Source of the DNA: Octopus vulgaris
Taxonomy: Eukaryota
DNA: 64,000 bases
Direction of reading: 5' to 3'
Assembly: GCA_951406725.2 (NCBI GenBank)
Contig: OX597821.1
Span: 38,564,001 to 38,628,000 of the forward strand
Shown: positions 52,501 to 64,000 of the stretch, in pieces
How positions within the stretch are numbered: position 1 is the first letter of the stretch
Layout: each line of letters begins with the position of its first letter
Program-made: the position numbers and the translations under genes
Notes under the pieces: model-generated
What the model was told of the DNA's origin: nothing
Databases searched by the model: none
What the model saw: only the letters and a program-made list of their open reading frames with translations

Positions 52501-53938
52501 TCTATGTGTGTTGTTCATTACTGCTTTAACGGGAATCCAGTAGAGATTATGTTTAGGCTATTCCTGTTACACCAGGAACATGGCATGATAGGGGGTTGTG
52601 AACCTGGATACCGTTTTGACTCTCTCATCCCTTTGACCCTGTGGCACATTCAAAATGTATCAAATGGATAGGGGGAAGAGTGCTGCACTAGCAAAATTCA
52701 GCTGGTGCTAATTTTCAGTTGTGTAAACTGGAGAAACATGAAATGGAAGTGTCTTGCTTGAAGACACAAACCAGGAATTGGGTCCCTTGACATTATGTTA
52801 ATGAGCCAAACACCTTAATTACAAAATGACATGCCTTTACAAGGGCTGACAATAACACAAATTAAAAAATTGCCAAAGAGAGAAAACGTAGCCTCACAAA
52901 AAGCAGTTGTAGTGAAATACATATTCAGTTAGAGGAGAAAAAAAGACTGGAAACTAAAACTCTCTCCACCATTCTCTTTGGTGATTAGACTCTCTTAGGA
53001 GTAATTAGCCTATTTACAAACTGAACATAACAATCAATGATTTATCATTAACAAGATGAGTGGAGGGGGGGGCTTAATGCAGATAACGTTCAGTATTTTA
53101 TTTATTGTAACTTGGTAAACAGCCAAGATACGATAGCCAGAAGGAGAATGATATAAAATGGCAAAAAAGTGGAATCTCACACTCGGTTTTATCATCTCTT
53201 GAGAAAAATGAATGCTGTGATGAGCGAATTGATAAAAACAGCAGTCATTGAGTTATAGCAATAAAGCCATGTTATTTTATCCTGTCCAGAGTATAATAAA
53301 TACTCTTATCTCTCAACACTGATCATTACTTATATCTGTGTATTATTTTCACAAAATGACATATTTTACCACTGTAGACAGTGGTTGCACTATAAAACTC
53401 ATGAATGTTTTTTCAGTTCACAGCAAGTACAAGTACTTTTCTGAATGCTGATCTGGTGTACTTTTGTGAAAATTGACTTCAAGTACTCTAGTGAATTCTG
53501 ATTGTAAGTACTTAAGTAATTGGTTCAGTAATGATGTAGAGCTTTATAATGTGTTTTTGAGAGAAAAGACACTTCAGGTTGTTATCTATGTTTCTATTTA
53601 TCACTGAGATGTTTTGCTGGGGTTGTGACAGTGTGTTGGGATCTAACATAGACGACTGAGCTCCACAAGAGTCAGTCATTATTCACCAATAATTCCCACG
53701 CATACACACTGATGCCACACTTCCAAAGTTTCTTTAAGCAAATCTTTGAACAAGTTCTTTTATCCTCTTTATTTTTACTTTTCTTTTTTCAGTTAGAAAT
53801 TAAACTACAAAACCGTTGTTTGGGAAGCCAATGACCTGAATGATGTAGCTAGTCCAATGAAGCTGATGTTGTTTATTTAGGATTTCAGTCCAGGCAACAG
53901 TAGTTTGTGTAAACATGTTGATATTGTTCTGTCTGACA

Positions 53939-54281
53939 TCTCTATATATATAAACGGCAAAATGTCTGTCTGTGTGTGTGTATGTGTGTGCATGCCCTTT
54001 ATACAAATCCACAATTTTTTCAGTTAGAGGGCTCGCACTTTCTATGGTCATGCATATCTTTACATTTCCCCAGTCACCCCGCAAAGCCATTAAAAAATCA
54101 ATAGAAGTGACTTTTTTGTGAATTTTTTATCCAAAACCCAATCAAAATGCCCAAAACTTGATACGTCAATTGAATGCCAGCTAGCTGTATGTGATTGGTC
54201 GGAGATTTGGACAGTACTCGCATGTATGTGCATATGCATGCACTAGCACTATGACCTGGCAATGTCAGGTCATAGTGCTAG
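53939..54281 (+). mobile_element. Non-autonomous Helitron, second family
   Basis: A|TCTCTATATATATAAA 5' end; 19-bp-stem terminal hairpin ACTAGCACTATGACCTGGC-AAT-GTCAGGTCATAGTGCTAGT; CTAG|T end. Confidence 0.85.
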
Positions 54282-54289
54282 TTTAATAT

Positions 54290-56480
54290 AAAGGAGTTCC
54301 TTCCAGCATTTCTGGTGGTATGTTACCATCTTTGAGAAAAATTACTTATCAAGGGGAACAAGCCAAAAAAACTGCTTGGTTTGTCCCAGATCCTGATTTT
54401 CGTACATCTGTCGTCTTAGATGACCAAAACTTATGCTGGTGCATCTTGTATTGGATCTCCCCCATCAATAGGTTTTGTGATAATTGATTACTCAGATACA
54501 GAAAATGTACTTCATATATTCCAGGATATGTTTGTATACTTGACTGGTTGGATCAAGTTCTTTCTCATGTGTTTATCAATGCTAGACTTTTGTTTTACTT
54601 ACACTAAGACTTAGCTCCATGTTGTCATATGTACCCATGGAAATACCAGTAATTACTTGTGGTTTTGAAGTCACACTAACTGTTGTCTGATCTGCCTCTT
54701 ACAGAAGTTCAATAACCAATGAAGATTCAGCAACGGTCAAATAGTTTACATGTCATTTGTGTGGAATGTTCTTTTGTAGTGAGATGGGAGTTTGTGCATA
54801 GAGAGCTTGAACATAGAGGAATATGAAAAATAAACTTAAAGACATTCCTGCTTTAATCTACATCCCGTTTTAAAATGATCTCTACTAGAAGACTGGTTCC
54901 ACACTTTAGTTTCCATGTTGTTTAGAAGGTGTGTAAGTGAAATAAATCTGTGTTGGTTATCATGTTTGGCTGGCACTTTCCAGACATCTTCATAATTTCC
55001 CAAATCAAATGTTCAGGTGAAACCAAAGCCTGGCTTGTACTCTGATATTTGATGCTTAAGTCTTTTCTACTCTAACTAGGAAACATACAATTATATCAAT
55101 AATATCTCTTGAAAGTTTTAAGTTAGATTGGCATTTTGGGAGATGAATCCCTAAAAGTGAGTGAATTAGTTGAATAGGATTCTAGTTAAGAACTTTTTGA
55201 ACATTTGCCAAATGTAAAATTCTTCAGTTGTTATTCTTATTTATGCATCCTTTTCAAACCTAGCCAGGCTCATGAACCCGGTTTCCCGGTTTCTATGGCG
55301 CATGTGTTCCCCCCAGCTGGACGGGATGCCAGTCCATCACAGCGTTACTCAAGAAACAGGAAGAAAGAGTGAGCGAAAGTTGGGGCTAAAGAGTACAACA
55401 GGGGTCGCCACCACCCCTGCTGGAGCCTCGTGGAGCTTTTAGATATTTTCACTCAATAAACACACACAACACTTGGTCTGGGAATTGAAACCATGATCCT
55501 CTGACCGCAAGTCTGCTGCCCTAACCACTGGGCCAGTGCAACTCCATTTTCAGTTGTTATCACAATCTAATTTGTTCCTCTTCTTGAAGATGGTAATAAT
55601 AATTTTATATAACTCAGCTACTATTTCTGAATGAAGGTTTGATACTGGTGTTTCATTTCAACTAAAATTCCATGAGAACTGAGTGTCTTATATGTTGTTT
55701 CTTCCATATTAAGAGGTGCAGCTAAATTGGTCATCTTTGACCTTTATGCTGACATTTTTCTTTGGCTGCACAGTCATGCCACTCTTTAAACTTTTCTCTT
55801 GTTGACATCTGCTTGTTTTTTATATAAATTTTGTCATAAGACTTTCAAAAGTATTGATCCCATGGATCTGTTGTTCTTGGATCATAGATTGCCATAGTCA
55901 TGTTGCAAAAAATCCTTATGTTAACCAATTTCTTCAAGTACCCTGTACCATTAATTGTTCTTCTTTTATGATTGTAACATTTCCTTGCTGGAAAACTTTC
56001 CTTTTATGCTTATTGATGAGATTTTGGTAGAAATGTGAAGTTACTCTCATTTTTCTGGCAAAAAGCGGCTAGTTTCATATTTTGTCCTTGTCGGCAGTGT
56101 TTTCTTTCTATGAGACTCAAGAAATTCTAGCAAGCTTGCTCATCGTTCTTATTCTTCTGCTTGTCATTCTTGTTCTTTTGATTCCCTTGAAAACCTCTTT
56201 TTCTGTTGATCAGCTAATTGGATTTGGCATTGTTTTCTTCAAACCAATCTTAGTGTTTTCTTGCCTTGAAGCCTAAAAAACTCTTTATCAGTCACAACAG
56301 CTATACCTACCTTTAGAGTGCATCATATGCATTTCCAAAGTGTTTGCAATATTCTGTGCTGTTGGAAGACAGACGTTGCTCAAACTGCTCTGCCTTGGCT
56401 GGATCTGAAAGAGACTCAATATTGATTTTCTGTTGGCATCATTTCTGTTGCTGTTGTTACTTTGAAGCGAGTTAAATTGC
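54290..56480 (-). mobile_element. Heavily decayed RTE-clade LINE ORF
   Basis: Minus-strand fragments LGFKARKH*DWFEENN, IITIFKKRNKLDCDN, LTRILFN, LSVSKTKV and FLYLS occur in RTE order (KHQDWFDEN, IVTIYKK..DC.NYR, KTKV, F.YLGS). Confidence 0.65.
55235..55546 (-). mobile_element. SINE family A with a fourth tail type, inserted into the RTE remnant
   Basis: 12-bp TSD TTCAGTTGTTAT (55223-55234 and 55549-55560); tail contains GATGGACTGGCATCCCGTCCAG. Confidence 0.9.
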
Positions 56481-58503
56481 CAGGTTACTGTTGAGAAAGA
56501 CTCAAAGTAAGCTAGAATATTGACCCAGTTTCAATTCCCAATAGAAATAATTTCATTCATTATTAATGGCTGAAAGGAAACCAAGCTAGTCGTCACATAA
56601 TTTCATTTCCTACTTCTTTCTATAGTCAATATTTTGCGTTTATGCAATGTTTTGTGTCTATAAATAAATAGGTAAAACAAATTTATAGATAAGACATGGA
56701 CCTAGTTATAAGCTACAACACTAACACATGGCTACTGAGAGCCAATCTTGGTATCAATATGCTTTGGTGCATTCTATAATTTATTGAATCATAAAAGCAT
56801 CAATGAAAACCATGACTTTATAGAGTGTATGTGCGATAAATGAGCCAGATAAATCCTCCCTTTTATCTATACCGACAACAAAAAAAAAAAAGAAGTTTAA
56901 GTTGATATTAGAAGCAAGCAAATGAAACACTCATCAATGCTGCCACAACATAGAGTGGCGATGGTGGTGGTGGTGATAGTGGGGAGCTGTGTTTATGGAG
57001 ATATTGGATTATAGACTTGGAAACTGTGAATTGAGTCTGTTGGCCACAGATATATTAATCCACTTCTGGTGACAATATATAACATACCAACCTTTTAGTA
57101 TGTTATTGCAATCTCAACTCAGATGTCTCAGATTCCATTTTATAATAATGCTTGTTATATTCCGAATATTTCTCATAAAATCAAAAAATAATGGGAGAGG
57201 AAACCATGAGGCATTTGGCATTTTCTCGAATAATTTCAGGTTAACTCCTCATCGGTTTCTATGGTAACTGTATTTTTGCTATATCTTACCAATCTTTTCT
57301 CTTCTTATGAAGTGAGAAACCACAGCCATCTCCTGTTGATATATTTGAGGTTTTATGTAAAATAAGTTTAAACTGTATCATCAATAATTTAAAATATTCA
57401 GAAAGATAAATATAGTATTTGGGGAATTCTACAGGTTTCTTGGATATTGTGAATATGAAGGACACATTTGTATGAAATTTATCAGATTGTTTACGAAATA
57501 CCGAGATAAATACCTTTATTCCTGATCACAGATCTTGATGTTCTGATAAAAAGAATATGGCAGTGATGTCTCATCAATACAATTATCAAATTGTCCAACC
57601 AAAATTAATCAATTAACTCTAAATGTTTGGTTTTGCTTTATCACATCATAAGCAGATGAATTATATAAACTTTATTAATGTGATATATTTATAGTTTATC
57701 AAATGACTAGAAGCTATATATTATAATTATTTACTTTATTTGAAAGCTGATTAAAATATGGCTTTTCATAGATGAATATTCAAGAAGTTCTCTTGTTTTC
57801 TTGTTTTTAAAGATTTTACTTATTTCAGCCTTATTTATCCCTTTTTGATATGGGTTTAATACTTCTTATTGCCTCCTTCAAAAACAAAAAAAATAAATAA
57901 ACATGAAATAAACACAAGACTAATGTAATTTCTGTGTCAAGCAAATAGAAACAGTTTTTCTATAGGACACTGATCTGCCATTGGTAGCTTTCACAACTTG
58001 AACTTAGGATAGCAAAGCAATGGGTCAGTTAGTAATTCCACAAAACAACTGTTGCTTATTTCATTCTGTAATGCTTTTTGTTTTTTTGTAACTAGTAGGA
58101 CTAAGACACTCAAAGCTAAAAGCAGTCCATGTAACCTGATATAAACTGTTGCCCTTGATACTGTAACATAACTAACAATATATTTGGTGAGACACTGTGT
58201 ACTGGAATCCCATTTATGGAAGAGTTTGTTGTTTGAACACAACCACAGGGGAGTTCTTATGGTGGCCTGGTGTTTAACAGGATACTCATTCAGCAACTTA
58301 TACAACTGTACTGGTGCCAAATAGACTGTTCTAAGCTCCTATGGACCATAGCAGTGAGGCAAAGAAGGTTATTCCAAGATCTGGGCAACCCAGGACCTCC
58401 ACACACGTTGCCCAAGAATGCAATACGAAGAGGTCACTTTATTGCCACTGTGGGGCTGGTTTTTTCGTTCCCATTGGGCTGCACATTAATTCCTGATTGA
58501 TCA

Positions 58504-58735
58504 GGCGGCAAGCTGGCAGAAACGTTAGCACGCCGGGCGAAATGCCTAGCGGTATTTTGTCTGCTGTTACATTCTGAGTTCAAATTCCGCTGAGGCCGAC
58601 TTTGCCTTTCATCCTTTCGGGGTCATTTAAATAAGTACCAGTTACGCACTGGGGTCGATATAATAAACTTAATCCCCTTGTCTGTCCTTGTTTGTCTCCT
58701 CTATGTTTAGCCCCCTGTGGGCAATAAAGAAATAA
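58504..58735 (+). mobile_element. SINE family D
   Basis: 16-bp TSD AATTCCTGATTG(A/G)TCA at 58488-58503 and 58736-58751; full head and tail. Confidence 0.92.
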
Positions 58736-60464
58736 AATTCCTGATTGGTCAGTGATGCAAAACCCCATTGTCTCTCAAAAGACATGGATACCAAAGTAAG
58801 CACAGCCAAGTATGAAACAAAGGTAAGCTAGTGATGAACAAATAGTAAACCCTGAACAATTTTCACTTAATCCTTGCACTCAAGATTTCTAATCATATTT
58901 AAGTTTATGAGATTAATTATCCATCCAGCTAAATTTTCTGTGGGCATTACACAAAGTCAATGAATTCAATGTTGACTTCTGAGTTAAATCTTTCCATCAT
59001 CTTTAGAAATGGAAGGATGACACTGGATAATATACACTCCTCTTATTCATCTAAAAAGACAGGGTGGTCATAATCGGGATGTATTTGATCATATATGCAC
59101 TCAGTCAGGGATGACCTGGGCTAAACAACAACAATAACTCACCATCCCATTAAGTGGTGACCACATGACATTTTCATTTGGCATCGGTTGGATTCATATT
59201 TGTTTCATTTTCATTTTTATCTTCTCTGACAATGTTTTTTCTACACACTGCAGTAAGTGATTGATTTTTCCCAGATGTATTTAGGTTTGATGTAAAGTTA
59301 CAAACATCTATAATAAATTGCTTCAATGTTATATTTTTTCCAAAAAATTGTGTATTGTGTAAACTGTGTAAGTAGGACACATTGACTGCTGTAAGAAAAG
59401 AACAAATCTTTTTAGAGATATTTTTGTTATAAGATCCTTTGAGGAGTTGGGTGGACAGTGGTCAATTCTTTAAGGCCTGAATTCAAGTCTAGTGAGATTG
59501 ATATATTTGGACATCTGTTGGGTGGTGCCTGGGAAGTAATTCTTAACTATCACTGATCTGGGGCTGAAAGATTGGCCGTAGCGTTTAATGTGGAATCTGA
59601 GCACCGTAAAGATGAGGGAGAGCATATTAACAGCTGGATGAGTAGAACACACGTAGATTACTGAAGACTGTGTAACAGGAACATATAGACAGATGAATGA
59701 GTGGAACTTATACATTAGAAGAGATATATTTGAACTGTGTTCATGGAATACAGACTCTAAGAACTGTGTTTAAAATCAAGAAATAAATATCTAAAAAGGC
59801 ATATTTTCAAAATAAGAAATCATAAAACATGTCTCAATGAGTTCAAATTCTGCAGGGATCGATCTTGCTTTTCATCCTTTTGGGGGTCTATAAATTAAGT
59901 TGTGTCCTGGGGTTGAGTTCTGGGGGTTGATGAAAGCAATTTACCCCCTCCCTTGAAATTACTGGCCTTGTGCCAAAATTTGAAACCAATATTTAGCTAT
60001 GGTTCACCATTGATTAGGCATTTTTTTAAAATTAAAGATTTTCTAACGATGATCTCTCCACCCTTTGGTTTCAGGAATTGTATATCCCAGACTAAGTTAT
60101 CCCATATGATATTTGTTTATTTAAGATGGAGCTGTTTGACTCGAGGAAAATTTTGTTGATATTTCTTACACTTGCATTGACTATGAAGAACTGAAGTGGG
60201 GAATATTTTAGTATCAGGAGTAAAATGTAACAGCGTCAGAAGCTGTGAAGGTGTATCAAGAGCTGGAATAATTGTGTTGTTAATTTTACAAATTCTTAGA
60301 CGTCTAACTTATTCCAATTCAGGCTATTATTCCGCTTGTCTTAATACATTTTAATTTTTAACTATGCAGTTTCACACACACACACACACACACACATGCA
60401 TGTATTAAGGAGATGAGCTTACATGGTATGTGTTTTGATCTGAGAACCATGCATTGAAAGTAAA

Positions 60465-60663
60465 CGTGCCAGTGGCACATAAAAAGCACCCACTATACTC
60501 TCAGAGTGGTTGGTGCTAGGGAGGGCATCCAGCTGTAGAAACACAGCCAGATCAGATTGGAGCCTTGTGCAGCCATCTGGTTTGCCAGCCTTCAGTCAAA
60601 TCGTCCAACCCATGCTAACATGGAAAACGGACGTTAAACGATGATGATGATGAGGATGATGAT
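60465..60663 (+). mobile_element. Family C retroposon, 3' part
   Basis: GTGCCAGTGGCACATAAAAAGCACCCAC...GGACGTTAAACG(ATG)n. Confidence 0.85.
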
Positions 60664-60685
60664 TGCTGTGTGGAACATATTCAAA

Positions 60686-60718
<33 letters not shown>

Positions 60719-61491
60719 CTGTACTTAAGCATTTATGGTTTGTTATATGGTGTCAACATTTCTGTTGCTCCAAGCCACAATCTGAATGCAACAACCTTGT
60801 CAGAGAAGAAATTACAGTTTAGAACAAGGAAAATTTTGAAAGCAACAAATGTTGAAGTGAAGTTGACAGTCTTTGTGTGTTTCTGAATAGTTAATATGCA
60901 TCATGCACACTGCAATCATAATGTATGCACCCAAACAATATCTACCTACACACACACACTCTCTCTCTCTCTCTCTCGCTCTCTCTCTCGCTCTCTCTCA
61001 CACACACACCATATATATATATATATACATATGCATAGATATATACATGCATGCATACATATGTATGTGTGTATGTATGTGTGTATGTATGGGTGTGTGT
61101 ACCAGGAGGACTTTCCCATATTTGAATGCAAGTGGAGAAATTCTTTTCTTTTATTTCCTCGAGAACAACTTCGTGTTGTCTTTCTGTTAACATTTGAAAT
61201 TGGAGAGTGCGAGGTGATGCTGCTTGGTGAGACGTGATGCTGAAAAAGAAGACATGTGTTATGGATGCCTGATTAAAACGGATGATAAGAAATGGCTTTT
61301 ATCAAGGTTGTGATGGTTTGTGGTTATAGGAACCTGCTTGATGTTATCTAACTCAAAGAAATATTTAAAACATCCAGTGATATATCAGGAATTTGTTGGA
61401 CAGATCTAAACACTTTGACAGTGAAGTATACTTTGGCCTTAGGCCTGTCTAGGTCCTTCAAATGGCAGAGAGATAGAGAGAGATAGAGAGA

Positions 61492-61568
<77 letters not shown>

Positions 61569-61985
61569 TGTGTGATCACTTTCCTGAGACTGAGGTGTAT
61601 TTGTTTATCATTCTTTGTTATTTTTCGGTTCTGTGTTGCATCAATACCTACAACTACTTTGAGACATTCTCGATAAGAAATTCAATTCTTAGAAATTGTC
61701 TTCTGTTTTTTTTTTTTTGCTTTTTTTTTTTTTACTTTTACTCCACTTCTAATCGGAAAACAGTCTTAAGTGTTCCAAGTTTCATATTTTGATATTTTAA
61801 ATGGCGTGGACATGGCAACATGTCTTGCTGTTTGCTGCATGATGGTAATGTTCTGTGAGCTGATGTTTCATTAAATATTTGGAAAAGTTTTAAGCAAAGC
61901 TCAACTGAAGTGTAACAGAGTTAAAATTCCATGCAAAATATTCCATAATCCAAATCCGGACTGTGAAAGTGTGATAATAGTTACC

Positions 61986-62064
61986 ATGGTGGACAGCAAC
62001 AAAACAAGTGTCACAGCCAATGTTGTTGGATCGGCATTACGTATGAGGAACCTTTTGCACGTGG
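61986..62064 (+). CDS. Possible short first coding exon (MVDSNKTSVTANVVGSALRMRNLLHV), product unknown
   Basis: ACCATGG Kozak context, non-repetitive sequence, candidate donors GTATGA (62041) and GTAAAG (62065). No homology recognised. Confidence 0.2.
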
Positions 62065-63034
62065 GTAAAGATTAGCCTAGATTCAAAATTGAAACAGCTC
62101 ATGGACAAAACCCGTGAAACCCTTTATAAATAAAACATACATTAAAAATAATGACAAAAACACTTTAATCCCTAAGTCAAAGGCAGTAATTAATTATGAT
62201 AAAAGAAAAATAATCTACAGAAAATAATTAAAATATGATGCTGGTGTGAATTTGGCTAATTAAGTGTAGTGTAGGCTGTACACATGAAAATTTTAATTAA
62301 TTGAATTTTTCTCCTTTGTTGGAGAAAAGATAACAAAAACCCAGAGGTAATTGCAATGGAAGGGAGATAATATCAAGACATTATGTGAATAGAAACTTTG
62401 CTTCCTAATGATGTGGTTTTGAGTTCTATCTCAATGCACGGTCTCTTGTCTTTTACTATAGCTTCAGGCCAACCAATGCCTTCAGAGTAAAACTAATAGA
62501 GGGAGTTAGTTACCCATTACCTCACCTCTCTAATTCTTCTGTAACAATGCTCTCTTTTATACATCTCTCAAACATGCCACAAGGAGGATGAGTTCTACCC
62601 TTCAGCATTACTGTATTTGCCTCTGCTTAGGCCCTACTCCAATCTCCCTTATCCACCCTTTAAATTATGTGGTACCCATCAATCTCCTTTACAAACACTA
62701 AATCTTGCCCTTCTCCCCACACCATGCTTTATTCTCTCAATATCTTATTTAAAATAACAAACCTACCCACTGTCCTCAAACTCAGTCTTGCAAGTTTCAA
62801 GGTGCACAAACAAACCCCTCAGTTATACACTCTGTAGAGGTTGGATCATTGCTGACACTGTGGCATCCAACCCATACTGGTATGGAAAGCAGATGTAAAA
62901 ATGTTACTGGTAGTGGTGGTGGTGGTAGTGATGATTATATATATATATACATACCGACACACACATATGTACATATATATATACAGTATGTATATATATA
63001 TATATGTGTGTGTGTGATATATGCATAATTATAT

Positions 63035-63072
<38 letters not shown>

Positions 63073-64000
63073 CTATATATGCATGTATGTATATTGCATA
63101 TCCAATGATAGTGAGCAACACCTAAAACATGAACAAAGGTAATATGAAAAATAAAAATCTGACCAATAGCAGTCATTTATTTTTAAATAAAATAAATTCA
63201 GATTTTTTGCCCATTAAAAAACAAATATCTTGATTATATTTTTTAAATTTAATATTTCATCAGAATTATGTAGATGGTGAAGAGTTACTGGTTTCTGTGC
63301 ATTAGGGGTTTTTTGTGTGTATGTGTGTGTGTGTGTGGGGGTTAATTTTAGCTATTCATTTTCCAACTGAATTTTCCATTTGGAAAGTGTAATTTGTTTT
63401 CCATCAATGCTATCAGACATTTTAGCAGAGAAGTCCAAAAAGCATATATTTTATACTAGCATGATTTCAATAACAGAAAGGAAAAAAAAAAAAAAAATTA
63501 AAAGTAATTTTTAAGGCAAATACTCGTAATATACGCTGCCCTGCAATGGAAATTAAAATTTACCAAAACTAAAATGATAGAGAGCAAGCAATAAAATAAA
63601 CGAATAAATGATCTAAAAAAAACATAATAAAATGGAAAGCAAAAGTTTAAATTATGACAAGCTCAAAATAAAAATACGGTGAAAGATATTTTTAATTCAT
63701 TCAAGCATTTAATCTAATTTAGGGAAAATTGCTTTTTCCGTACTGAATTTCTTTTCATTTCAATTAATAGAGATTCGAAATTCTTCTGCTTAACCAATGA
63801 GCTTTTTCCTCCTAAAATATATATTTTCAAGTTGGTTCAAGCATGAAAAACTGAAAAATATTTCCTTGTTCACAATTTATATAAACTCTTGTGCATATAT
63901 GTGAAGAAGATGTGTGCAAATAAACACAGACTCCCACCATATAGTACATGCGATGTGTGTTTCAGTGAAATGCTGTGTCAGTGTTACATACAGTCAGACA

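Noticed and set aside
55860-56220. Charged coiled-coil-like minus-strand reading, suggesting a processed pseudogene or gag fragment
   Set aside because: Many stops and no identifiable family; lies within the decayed RTE interval.
59470-59715. Possible tyrosine-recombinase or other TE coding fragment
   Set aside because: No diagnostic motif such as HSFR could be read.

Overview
AT-rich, microsatellite-dense eukaryotic non-coding DNA with one 100-N scaffold gap (13428-13527). The SINE repertoire points to an octopus genome; this is my recognition, not a database result. I found no intact protein-coding gene: almost all ORF-track entries are microsatellite or decayed-TE translations, and there is one weak first-exon candidate near 62 kb. 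The window holds several tRNA-derived SINE families, RTE and R4/Dong-type LINE remnants, Helitron-type non-autonomous elements, piggyBac- and Tc1/mariner-type MITEs, and a solo LTR. Highlights: (1) an apparently intact minimal type I hammerhead ribozyme with a palindromic stem III (25563-25653, minus) in a ~200-bp (TA)n-flanked element, plus a related inverted, decayed pair at 535-1245 resembling Penelope pLTRs; (2) a 7.4-kb nested Merlin/IS1016-type transposon complex (18050-25422) with 1.4-kb inverted arms, a split transposase, a Merlin-like element inserted into it, and three tandem Helitron units with different 3' ends, one carrying a GCGCATGCGC (NRF-1-type) array; (3) many long fold-back structures that could form dsRNA. 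Alignments, translations and identities were judged by eye.
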